From positions 16,854 through 80,853 of the forward strand of contig JAUICD010000010.1 of the NCBI GenBank assembly GCA_030427965.1: DNA of 64,000 nt. The letters are read 5' to 3'. The DNA is from Bdellovibrionia bacterium. Its GTDB lineage: Bacteria; Bdellovibrionota; Bdellovibrionia; Bdellovibrionales; JAUICD01. Positions 39,010 through 48,085 of the stretch are shown here, in pieces (position 1 is the stretch's first letter; the number at the start of each line of letters is the position of its first letter). Both the position numbers and the translations under genes were made by a program. The notes under the pieces are model-generated. The model was not told the DNA's origin. It did not search any database and worked only from the letters and a program-made list of their open reading frames with translations.

Positions 39010-40668
39010 ATGGCCGTGGATGGTGTCGAACGATCAAGATTGATCGATGAAAATGCAAGAACCAAAGCTGAATATCAAAAGCGCGAGAATGATTTAAGAA
39101 AGCGGCACGCCGAGCAAATTCGAAATCTTCAAAAACAGAATGTGGATCGTATTGAAAACCTTCGTTCTGAACAACAGACAGCCATTGATGCTTATCGAAA
39201 AAGACTCAATCAAACTCTTTCAGAGAAAGATGTCAGCTATCAAAAGCAAATTCGAGACATGAAAGATATGCACGCAGAAAGAATGAAAGAGGTGGGGACT
39301 AGAAACTCTGAAAATCTTAGAAACTTGGAGATGAGACATAAAAGTGAATACAAAAGCCTGGATGACAAAAAAACAGCTCAATACAATCGTTTGAAGCAAG
39401 GGATGGAAGAGCAAATCAAGTCTCAAGAAGATTATCATAAGAATTATGTGGAAAACTCGAGAGAAGCTCAGGCTAAGGGGATTTCCTCAGAGCGAGAAAA
39501 GTTAACTGCTGCGCACCAGGAAGATAGGGATCGTATGATAGGTGCTCACCGGGAGAAGGTGAGTCACCTTGATCAAAGATATCAGTCTGAGAATCAGCGA
39601 AGACAAAAAATGGAAAAAGATCATCGCCAAGATAAAATTCTGATGAGACAGAGTGCAAGTGAGGATCTTTTGGATGCAATTTCTCAAGAAAGAGCAGCCA
39701 AAGATGCGGTGATTGAACACAAAGACGAGGCGTTCAATACAAAATATCAGAATTTACGTAATCGACTTGAACGTGATCACTACGATAGGCAGGCACAGCA
39801 CAGTAAAGCCTTTGATCAAATGAAAAGTGATGTGTATGAAAGAGTGAATAATCGAGAAGCTCAATTGGAACGGAACTTAAGAACTGAGAAATTTAACCGT
39901 GAACAAGATATAGTAAAACTCAATAGAGTTTCGGGGTTAAAAGAAGAGAATTTAAGAGAGAACCTTGGAAACCAAATCAACGATCTTGAACGACAAAAGC
40001 AAGAGCAAGTGGAATTGTCAAACAGACACCGTGCAAAAACGGTCGGCAAGGTCATGGATAAATATGACAAGCAGTTCAATGAAACAACCAATCACTATGA
40101 AGAAAAACTAAACTTGTTGGACTCTCAACATAAAAGAAATTATCTCGTAGAAACAGGGCGGTTGGAAGCTCGAGCGGAATCTGCAGAAACTCGAGCGCAG
40201 GACAGAATTGATACGATGGAGAATGTATACCAGAAGAAAACAAATTCCAGTCAAGAACACTATGATCAGTCGATGAAAGAAGCTCGAAAAGCCTATCTTG
40301 AAAACCTAAATGAGCTTCGATACAAAAAAGACAAAGAGCGTATGGAGCTTGAGTCAAGTCTTAAATCTCAAATGAGACAACAGCAAGTGAACGCTGAAAA
40401 GAAAATGATGGTACAAAAAAATACATATGAGCGTCAGATAGATCAATTGAAAGATGAACAGAAAAAAGAGATTCGCCGCCTTCACGAAAATCAGAAAACT
40501 GTTTTGAAAGCCTTAAATCAAGGACGAGAGAAAGATCTGCAGTCCAAGGAGATGGAAATGAAGGAGCGACTAGATCAGCAAAAACTTGCATATGAGAGAA
40601 GAATGAATAATATGGAAAACAGTTTCGAAGATCAAAAAGCGGAGTGGGCAAAAATCCAAAGATCCTAG
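39010..40668 (+). CDS. Long coiled-coil protein
   Basis: 552 aa, almost entirely charged/Gln helical, Pro-free; AGGAGG RBS. Confidence 0.85.
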   Translation: MAVDGVERSRLIDENARTKAEYQKRENDLRKRHAEQIRNLQKQNVDRIENLRSEQQTAIDAYRKRLNQTLSEKDVSYQKQIRDMKDMHAERMKEVGTRNSENLRNLEMRHKSEYKSLDDKKTAQYNRLKQGMEEQIKSQEDYHKNYVENSREAQAKGISSEREKLTAAHQEDRDRMIGAHREKVSHLDQRYQSENQRRQKMEKDHRQDKILMRQSASEDLLDAISQERAAKDAVIEHKDEAFNTKYQNLRNRLERDHYDRQAQHSKAFDQMKSDVYERVNNREAQLERNLRTEKFNREQDIVKLNRVSGLKEENLRENLGNQINDLERQKQEQVELSNRHRAKTVGKVMDKYDKQFNETTNHYEEKLNLLDSQHKRNYLVETGRLEARAESAETRAQDRIDTMENVYQKKTNSSQEHYDQSMKEARKAYLENLNELRYKKDKERMELESSLKSQMRQQQVNAEKKMMVQKNTYERQIDQLKDEQKKEIRRLHENQKTVLKALNQGREKDLQSKEMEMKERLDQQKLAYERRMNNMENSFEDQKAEWAKIQRS

Positions 40669-40671
40669 TAG

Positions 40672-42138
40672 ATGTTATCAGATAGACGAGTCAAGATTGT
40701 TTCAACAATAGGTCCCTCATCAAGCTCTCTTGAAGTGATAGAGTCTCTTATTGAATCTGGAATAAATGTCGCAAGACTCAACTTTTCTCACGGGACGCAT
40801 GAAGATCATCATTCTGTTATAGAGAAAATTCGAGAGGCTTCAGGTCGTCTTCGTGCACCAATCACTTTATTGCAAGATCTCCAAGGACCCAAAATTCGAG
40901 TTGGAAAGATGAAGGATGGGGAGTTGGAGCTGCTGGAAAATCAAGAAGTTGTGATTTCTCATGATTTTGAAGTTGGTGAAAAAAATCAAATTCCATCAGA
41001 TTTCAAAGAGCTTCCGGGTTCTTGTCGTCCAGGTCAGCAAATTCTGTTGGATGATGGGCTTATTGAGTTGAGGGTTCTTTCTGTCGAAGGTTCACATGTC
41101 AACTGCAAAGTCATATTTGGTGGGATCTTAAAAGATAGAAAAGGCATGAATATCCCAGGGGCAAATTTGCAAGTGGGTTGCATGACAGAAAAGGATCATA
41201 AGGATTTGAAATTTGGCTTAGAAGCGCGTGTGGACTATGTGGCGTTGAGTTTTGTTCGGCGTGGCGATGATATTCGAGAGCTACGTGAAATTATTGATCG
41301 AGAAAACCCCAATGTTCGTATTATTGCAAAAATCGAAATGCTTGAAGCCCTTGAGAACCTAGAGGAGATCATTCGGTTAAGTGATGCCATTATGGTGGCT
41401 CGTGGGGATTTGGCCGTAGAGGTGGGGCAGACGCAACTTCCTGCAATTCAGAAAAGGATTATTCGCCTTTCCAATGATTATGGAAGACCTGTTATAACAG
41501 CAACTCAAATGCTTGAGAGTATGGTGAAAAACCCAAGACCAACACGAGCAGAAGTGACAGACGTTGCCAATGCCGTTTTAGATGGCTCAGATGCTCTTAT
41601 GCTGTCTGCTGAGACGGCAAGTGGAGCGCATCCCTCACTTTGTGTTTCAACCATGCATGATATTATTCGTGAAGTTGAGCGAACTGGTGAGCATTACTAT
41701 AAAATGGATTTACGCCCAGAGTACTTAAGCGTTGCAGAGGCTGTTGCTGAGAGTGCATGTTTAACTGCTATGAAATTGGGCGCAAAGGCCATTGTATCGC
41801 TTACAACAAGTGGCAAAACGGCACGACTGATCTCTTCTTATCGACCACGAGCAAAGATTTTAGCTGTAACCCACCATAATTCGACGTTGAACAGATTGGA
41901 GTTGGTTTGGGGTATTCAAACATTGGCAATCGAGCCTTATCGCACAGCTGAAAAAGCGATGCAGAAGATTGAAGAACATCTTCTTTCGTGTGGAATAGTA
42001 AAAAAGGGAGACAAGATTGTACTAACTCTGGGGCTCCCTCTCATGGAGAGAGGTACAACCAATTCAGTTCGAGTTTACACAGTCACTGGGAGCCAGAAGG
42101 TTTTAAGTAAGTCTGCTCTTCCTCTGAGATATCGTTGA
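40672..42138 (+). CDS. pyk: Pyruvate kinase
   Basis: ARLNFSHG, DLQGPKIR, IIAKIE, MVARGDL, ATQMLESM. Confidence 0.98.
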   Translation: MLSDRRVKIVSTIGPSSSSLEVIESLIESGINVARLNFSHGTHEDHHSVIEKIREASGRLRAPITLLQDLQGPKIRVGKMKDGELELLENQEVVISHDFEVGEKNQIPSDFKELPGSCRPGQQILLDDGLIELRVLSVEGSHVNCKVIFGGILKDRKGMNIPGANLQVGCMTEKDHKDLKFGLEARVDYVALSFVRRGDDIRELREIIDRENPNVRIIAKIEMLEALENLEEIIRLSDAIMVARGDLAVEVGQTQLPAIQKRIIRLSNDYGRPVITATQMLESMVKNPRPTRAEVTDVANAVLDGSDALMLSAETASGAHPSLCVSTMHDIIREVERTGEHYYKMDLRPEYLSVAEAVAESACLTAMKLGAKAIVSLTTSGKTARLISSYRPRAKILAVTHHNSTLNRLELVWGIQTLAIEPYRTAEKAMQKIEEHLLSCGIVKKGDKIVLTLGLPLMERGTTNSVRVYTVTGSQKVLSKSALPLRYR

Positions 42139-42200
42139 TTTGTAAAAGTTTAAACTTCACCTAACGATATTTAAAATAGCCTTTGTTTTGAGCGAACAGG

Positions 42201-42227
42201 TTTAGCGACAAAAGCAATGGCCGATAT
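42201..42227 (+). promoter_or_regulatory. Orphan sigma-28-like promoter
   Basis: TTTA-N15-GCCGATAT with no sense ORF downstream. Confidence 0.4.
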
Positions 42228-42330
42228 TCAATAGAGACTTTATATTCAGAAAGATAAGCCATTCAATACAGCCTCTTTAATAAACCGAAATTACCTGAGG
42301 ATTCTTTTTCTTAAAAGTTAGGGGCTTTGG

Positions 42331-42558
42331 TCAGAGAAGTTTTGCGACTGCCGCGGTTACAGCAATAGCGATAGTAATCATAGCTCCGACTATTGCACTG
42401 AGTTTAATAACAAGACGATATTCAAGTTCTTTTATATCCTGTTTTGTAGCCACATCTCCCTCAACTATTTCTGCGATGATCTGTATATTCGCTTCAGCTT
42501 GTTTCCGAGAAAACCCTGCCTCTTCCAGCTTTTTTGCATAGCTCAAAGTATTAATCAT
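42331..42558 (-). CDS. DUF1640/CCDC90-like small protein
   Basis: NTLSYAKKLEEAGFSRKQAE...ATKQDI, C-terminal TM; GGAGG RBS. Confidence 0.85.
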   Translation of the reverse strand: MINTLSYAKKLEEAGFSRKQAEANIQIIAEIVEGDVATKQDIKELEYRLVIKLSAIVGAMITIAIAVTAAVAKLL

Positions 42559-42665
42559 AACTTTACCTCCGCATTAGGGGTATTGCAACCATGCCATTTT
42601 CTTTAAATATCAATGATTTACTTCTAGATAACCATTTCGACTAGATATCGGATCAGAGACCAGTG

Positions 42666-42962
42666 TCACTTGGACAAGATTTTTTTGGTTGGTTCTCCGC
42701 TTTCTCCAATAGTCGTAAACTCCAATTTTTTTGGGCCGAGGAGCTTGGCAGCAACCTTCATTTCAAGGACGTTAGGGTAACCAGCATGATCGATCATTGC
42801 CTTAGACTCCCAACTCTTTCCATCTTTAGAATATTCCCTTTTGGTTTGTTTGCAATTCGCAAAAGCATCCTTAGAGTTAAAGGCGCAGATAAAACTTAAT
42901 GATTCTTAAAGGCCAGTTTTCCCAAAAGCTCTAAATTTACGAGCCGCCTGTATAAATAACAT
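42666..42962 (-). pseudogene. Possible decayed gene (99 codons with one in-frame TAA)
   Basis: ATG 42962 MLFIQAARKFRAFGKTGL* continues in the same frame ESLSFICAF...KKILSK* to TGA 42666. Confidence 0.25.
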
Positions 42963-43000
42963 GCTTTTCTAAACTATCGAGTCTCTCTATCAACGATGTC

Positions 43001-44008
43001 CTATTGATCTTTTATTTGTGACTTCTGAACTCTCCGAGAGAGGGATTTAGAGGGAATGTGTTTATTGTTGATAAATGGACTCATGGTCGTTAATCCCAAC
43101 TGATCTATAGCGGCCCTCTGATTGCAGGATCGACACAAAACTCTTAAATTTTCTACTGCATTGCTACCCCCTTGAGCCACAGTTATCTTGTGGTCTATCT
43201 GGAGGTGGTACTTGGAATTACAGTTTTCACACTTTCTCTGAGCTCTCTTAAAGACAGTGGCTCGTTTGGAGGGACTGATGCTTCGAGGTTTCTTGCTGGG
43301 CTGTTTTCTTACCCTTGGCTTTATTTCTGTTTGTGGTTCTGTTGCCTTCAGTTTTTCCTCCATTAGGCTCTCAAACAACTCCTGCTCACAATTGATATTC
43401 AATCTGGACTTTAAAAGCCGAAGCTTGTCACAATCTAAGTAAACCCTTAGTAGCGTCTTATCCCCATAATTGCGTTTACTAGGCTTTTTCTCAGGGCGTT
43501 TTAAATGATTCTCAGAAGCAATTTTCTCTAGCTCGATTTCACATTCTCGGGTGCTTTTGTTTTTGACCCGTTCAATGATAGATCTGGGATTGAGCTCTCT
43601 ATTTGCAACAGATGATGAAGAGCTAGTGTTTAAAAATGCATCACTAGACCTAGTGGCAGAATCTCCGAGTTGTGTTTTATTCTGTAATTTTTTACTTTGA
43701 TTTAAAAACACTTGAACAGAGGCAGCGTTTGATAAACTGAGCTCACCACTGGCAATGGATTCCTTTACCCCTTTATAGTGAGAGGCCAATTTGCAAGTGC
43801 TCACCTTTCTATGAGCCTCTCCATTGGAGTAGCCCAAAATACGGATACAGTAGTCGTAAATAGAAGAGCATTTGTGGTGGGCAAAAAGTCTTCGTCGATA
43901 GACTTCTTCAAGATGAGAAATAATTTTAGCAACAATATGTGATTCCTTAGATTTAAGAGTTAGCAAATTGAGATGAAGTTGTTTGTCACTTAAGCTTCTG
44001 ATATTCAT
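43001..44008 (-). CDS. HNH endonuclease with a DUF222-like helical N-terminus
   Basis: CENC...LQIDHK....GGSN...NLRVLCRSCN; N-terminal HLEEV.RRRLF....SSIYDYC...LGYS. Confidence 0.88.
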   Translation of the reverse strand: MNIRSLSDKQLHLNLLTLKSKESHIVAKIISHLEEVYRRRLFAHHKCSSIYDYCIRILGYSNGEAHRKVSTCKLASHYKGVKESIASGELSLSNAASVQVFLNQSKKLQNKTQLGDSATRSSDAFLNTSSSSSVANRELNPRSIIERVKNKSTRECEIELEKIASENHLKRPEKKPSKRNYGDKTLLRVYLDCDKLRLLKSRLNINCEQELFESLMEEKLKATEPQTEIKPRVRKQPSKKPRSISPSKRATVFKRAQRKCENCNSKYHLQIDHKITVAQGGSNAVENLRVLCRSCNQRAAIDQLGLTTMSPFINNKHIPSKSLSRRVQKSQIKDQ

Positions 44009-44024
44009 TATTTCCTTTATTAAA

Positions 44025-44046
44025 AATCGCTAAAACTGTAGCGATT
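44025..44046. promoter_or_regulatory. Inverted repeat upstream of the HNH gene
   Basis: AATCGCTA-N6-TAGCGATT, perfect 8-bp arms, 17 nt upstream of the start codon. Confidence 0.4.
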
Positions 44047-44652
44047 GTAAATTTGGGATTAAAAAAAGTCAAGCTGCTAGATCTAAGAATGTTTTTTAAC
44101 GCGAGTTGTCCTCTGCGCGGGGGATTCAGTAGTTATCTAAATTGTATTTCGAGAGATCAGATGGTCGCGCTCGAACTGCGAAGTGACAATGGAACTAAAG
44201 TTTTCTCAGAACAACGTTGTCGTGCAATGAATTATGACTTTTCGCGCTTGAGGTAAAAAGAAGTTGGATACATTGCGTTCCATAAGACTCTGTTTTCTTA
44301 GTGAAATTCATTGTCTATTTCTTTTAATATTATTTATAGGCTTTTTATCTATATGGTACATCTGAAGGCCAATCGAGCTGTTCGGAAACTATCTGGAACG
44401 GTGTCTGATCTCAAGGGCGCAAAACCCTAATTTTTAAGAAAAAGAGTCGATAGGTAGCTTCAGTCTATGAAGGGGGATGTATTGAATACCTTACCTTTTT
44501 GAACGCAAAACCTCTATTTAATATTTGTTATTACTTTTGTAGTGAAATTTACTCGGTCAAAGTAAAGGCTCTTTTCAAAATTACTAGGTGGAGTTCAATT
44601 TTTTACACATTAAAGTATGACAAAGAAAGTGAGGGGATGAGCTTGTTTGCTT

Positions 44653-45888
44653 TCAATTGCATGTTTTTAAAACATCTTCAATTTTTCTTGCATCTCTTGG
44701 ATTTAAGGCAAGTTCCCATTTTTGGATGACATCTATCCAGGACTTTACGTATTTACAGTGAATGCGTGTTCTTTTTGGTAGATAATCTGCAGGACCTCGA
44801 TCGGATTTACTTTGGTTTTCACGATCATAAACAGACAGTAGGTGAGCAAATCGCCCGCGTTTTGGTTTAGACAAGTCGTTTGCGTACTTGATTCTTTTCC
44901 ACTTTGGCCATCTCCATGCACCTGAGACATAGGCTTTCTTGAGAGGGACCAGATGATCAATATCGATATCTCCAGCATTTGTAAACTTTTGATTGGTAAA
45001 TGCTCCGACCCACTCACCACTCTGAATTTTGCACTTTCCTGTGACTGAAGATTTTGAGTCTCTTGCTAAAACTTCACTTCTTGTATTTTGACAGTCCCGA
45101 TCTTCATCAATCCATTTTCCAAACCGTGACTTTCGATTGAAGTTTTCACTCAAATACTGTTGGCACTCGACATCCATTTCTTCGATCCATTGATCTTCTT
45201 CTGGAGTTGTTCCAAGGCCCAGAAGGTTTTTGGCAATAGTCCACTGTCCGATGTATTCACATTTGACATCTTTAAAGAAAGGACGTTTCTCTGTGATTTT
45301 AAGCTCCTTTCTTGATCGAATACCAGTTCGAGAAATAGTTGCAAATAATTCAGGACGCTCAAAGCTTTTGAAGTAGGCTTCCCAGCTTTCGATGGGATCA
45401 CCCTGTTGCCAATTTTCATCTTTCATAGTCCAACTGTGTCCGCCACAACGATAGATTTCTTCTATTGGAAGAACGGATTCGACAAGAACATCCTTTGCCT
45501 CTTTGATAGATTTCCGTCCCCAGAGATTTGTCCAGTGGCCTTTGTAAATTGCGCAGACCCCTTGTTTGGAATCTTTCAGATAGCTTGGATGGTTGAGGGA
45601 CATGTAAACCAATCTTAAATTTTTAAAAGTTAAGCACGAGGGAGAAAATTCCTCTAACTGTTCCATTTGGTAGTTATTGAAGAATTCGGTTAAGTCACTC
45701 AGTTCAAATTTGAGTTCATTCCGTATTTTTAAAATTTTCTTTTTATCTGAAGTAGACAATTCCTTATCAGGATCACATTTTTGAATTGTAGAGGGTTTTC
45801 GATTTGTCATTGAATTTTTTTGATGAGAGCTTATACAGGAAACTATAAGCACTGTAAGAAGAAGGAGAGCTGTTTGTTTGATTGGCAT
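44653..45888 (-). CDS. Lipoprotein nuclease with DUF1524/HNH-like C-terminal domain and a degenerate N-terminal copy
   Basis: Lipobox IVSC; C..TR..VLARD, G.W, DIDHLVPL..A..SGA..W, NQSKSD, C.Y...W. Confidence 0.85.
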   Translation of the reverse strand: MPIKQTALLLLTVLIVSCISSHQKNSMTNRKPSTIQKCDPDKELSTSDKKKILKIRNELKFELSDLTEFFNNYQMEQLEEFSPSCLTFKNLRLVYMSLNHPSYLKDSKQGVCAIYKGHWTNLWGRKSIKEAKDVLVESVLPIEEIYRCGGHSWTMKDENWQQGDPIESWEAYFKSFERPELFATISRTGIRSRKELKITEKRPFFKDVKCEYIGQWTIAKNLLGLGTTPEEDQWIEEMDVECQQYLSENFNRKSRFGKWIDEDRDCQNTRSEVLARDSKSSVTGKCKIQSGEWVGAFTNQKFTNAGDIDIDHLVPLKKAYVSGAWRWPKWKRIKYANDLSKPKRGRFAHLLSVYDRENQSKSDRGPADYLPKRTRIHCKYVKSWIDVIQKWELALNPRDARKIEDVLKTCN

Positions 45889-46106
45889 TCCTTTATTGTA
45901 TGTCGGATGGAATTGAGTGACGACCTGTGCATTTCAAATACGACTTTGGTTGGGATGTGTTTAGAGGCATTGTGTGAGAAAGTGTCTGAAAGCCATGTGA
46001 ATGGTGGGTAAGGCCTGTCTTTATTTACCGCAGACAATGGTCTAAAAACTTAATCGTAAACCACTTTCTAACAAAAAAGTGGGCTTAAGCAAAATAGAAT
46101 AGAATT

Positions 46107-46928
46107 ATGCTAGTTGTTTTTCTTGTTCAACTCTCAGTTCTCTTTGCTGGAGATATTCCAGATGGTCATCAAGGCTGTTCCTTCAAATGTAAGAGTATAC
46201 CTCCGATGGAAGAGTCCTTGATTCAGTTTGGAGAACAGACAAATCAAGTTCATTTACCTTCTCAAGTGAATTTGCTTGTTTGGAATGTGTACAAGGGACG
46301 AAAACAAGAATTTGAGAAAGAGTTGAGAGATCTATCTTTAGGAAAGGATATGCTTTTGATTCAAGAGGTGTCCTTTGATGAGGCCTTCGTTCGTTTGAGT
46401 GAGAAGTGGAGTTTGAATTTTGAGCATTGGCATGGGATTAGTTTTTTGATGAAGAAATCAATATCAACAGGAGTTTCCAATTTAGCAGTTGCAAACTCAC
46501 TCAGTGTAAATCATCTGCGCACAACAGATTTGGAGCCATTTTCAAAGAGCCCAAAAATGATGCTAGCTAGTACATACAGTTGGGAAAACAATAAAAAGCT
46601 ACTCGTGATCAATATACATGGGATCAACTTTAAAGGATGGGAAGGGCTCAAGAATCAATTGGATCTCACAGAAGAACTCATATCTAGACATGAGGGGCCA
46701 ATATTATTTGCAGGTGATTTCAATACTAAAAATGAGGAGCGCTTATCAAGTGCAGATCGATATTTGAGCGAATATGGATTGAAAAGACTTGAGTTTGAGA
46801 ATGATCCAAGAAAAAAGAAACTTGATCATCTTTACACAAGAGGAGTAGAGGTTTTCAATTCTGTTCTTCATTTGGACAATCCAGGTTCAGACCATCCGCC
46901 TATTACGGCAAGCCTTACTCAAAACTAG
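46107..46928 (+). CDS. Endonuclease/exonuclease/phosphatase family protein (YafD-like)
   Basis: VWNVYK, IQE, NIHGINF, AGDFNT, LDHLYTRG, SDHPP. Confidence 0.9.
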   Translation: MLVVFLVQLSVLFAGDIPDGHQGCSFKCKSIPPMEESLIQFGEQTNQVHLPSQVNLLVWNVYKGRKQEFEKELRDLSLGKDMLLIQEVSFDEAFVRLSEKWSLNFEHWHGISFLMKKSISTGVSNLAVANSLSVNHLRTTDLEPFSKSPKMMLASTYSWENNKKLLVINIHGINFKGWEGLKNQLDLTEELISRHEGPILFAGDFNTKNEERLSSADRYLSEYGLKRLEFENDPRKKKLDHLYTRGVEVFNSVLHLDNPGSDHPPITASLTQN

Positions 46929-46947
46929 GGTGGCTAGGTGGCCACCC
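46928..46947. terminator. Hairpin between convergent genes
   Basis: GGGTGGC-N6-GCCACCC. Confidence 0.4.
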
Positions 46948-46961
46948 CGTATCTAGATGAG

Positions 46962-47516
46962 CTACTTTTTAATAAACGATGTCAATTCTGCAACAACTTT
47001 TCCCATTTGTGAATCAGTCACCATTTTGATCATTCCAAGAACTGGAATTTGATTTGGATTCACCCATTGCTCAGAAATATTTCCGCTGTTGTTTTCTCTA
47101 GCTTTAACCCAAGTGCAGTCAAAAGTACCAGCTGGTACAGTGACAGTAAGAGTTTGCATGTCTAAAATTTCAACGTCCTGTTCGCCAGGATCTTGTGACT
47201 GTCCATTACATACCATTTTTTTGATTTCACCTGTTCCGGGATCTAGCAAAATTTCACAGGACTGCTGCATGACCTTTAAGTCCATTTCTTGCAATAAGAG
47301 TAGGCCGTTTTCGTCATAAGCTTTGACCATCATTTTCATTGTGCCATTTAAAAACGTTCCCACTTTCAAATTGTAGTTTGCGGTGTCGCCAGGCTTCCAA
47401 TCCTGATTTGGCGAAGCTGAAACCATTTCTGAAATTTGAATTAAGGGTTGTACGGCAGATGCCTGTTCTGAGATCGCAACCACCGAAAGTGCGCATACAA
47501 GTAGATACTTCAACAT
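46962..47516 (-). CDS. Hypothetical secreted protein (DUF3108-like VTVPAGTF motif)
   Basis: Signal peptide; TVTVPAGTFDC; AAGGAGG RBS. Confidence 0.75.
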   Translation of the reverse strand: MLKYLLVCALSVVAISEQASAVQPLIQISEMVSASPNQDWKPGDTANYNLKVGTFLNGTMKMMVKAYDENGLLLLQEMDLKVMQQSCEILLDPGTGEIKKMVCNGQSQDPGEQDVEILDMQTLTVTVPAGTFDCTWVKARENNSGNISEQWVNPNQIPVLGMIKMVTDSQMGKVVAELTSFIKK

Positions 47517-47655
47517 AATTCCTCCTTAAAAGTGTCAAAGGAAATGGCACACCCAGAAGTTGTGAGAGTCAAAACTTAACGCGACAATATAGAGGATTGA
47601 TATTTGAAATATATAGAGAAGAAAGTGCAGTGATTGGGTGAAGAAAGTGGTATAA

Positions 47656-47958
47656 CTACTGAGAAATATAAGATTTCACGGAGTTTTCACTTGCGTGCTC
47701 AAGAACGTGAAGCCCAATTTTGTTAAATGACTGAAAGATGTCACGAGAGGCCTTCATACCATTGATTTTGAGATCAAAGTTTTGTTCTAAAATTGTAACC
47801 AATTCCAGCGCATCAAGACTGTCGAGCTCAAGAGCTGTGTTGTCTCCAAAAATTTGATCTTCATTTCCAATTTCATCTGGGGTGATGTTCTTTGCACCAA
47901 CGGCTTCAATGAGGTCGCTTTTGAGTTTAAACAAGAGCTGATTCATATTTTCATTCAT
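47656..47958 (-). CDS. Acyl carrier protein (DarC-like)
   Basis: LELDSLDALEL phosphopantetheine site. Confidence 0.9.
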   Translation of the reverse strand: MNENMNQLLFKLKSDLIEAVGAKNITPDEIGNEDQIFGDNTALELDSLDALELVTILEQNFDLKINGMKASRDIFQSFNKIGLHVLEHASENSVKSYISQ

Positions 47959-48085
47959 TTAGCACCTCGCCTTGCCAGACTAGATAAAACGTCAACAGAC
48001 TTCTAGAAAAAAGAAAGTACCGTAAATGCCAAAAGAATCAATAGTTTTGAAAAGCGTGAGAGGAGCTCTTTTTGGCGCAGCGTAT

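Noticed and set aside
42587-42600. Sigma-54-like TGGCATGGTTGCA upstream of the DUF1640 gene
   Set aside because: GG-to-GC spacing is 7, not the obligatory 10
42663-42899. Plus-strand 78-aa ORF
   Set aside because: Implausible composition; the opposite-strand frame looks more protein-like
44053-44729. Short plus-strand ORFs 44053-44256 and 44499-44729
   Set aside because: TTG starts without an RBS and no recognisable features
47962-47978. Sigma-54-like TGGCAAGGCGAGGTGC upstream of acp
   Set aside because: Spacing is 11 and it overlaps the RBS
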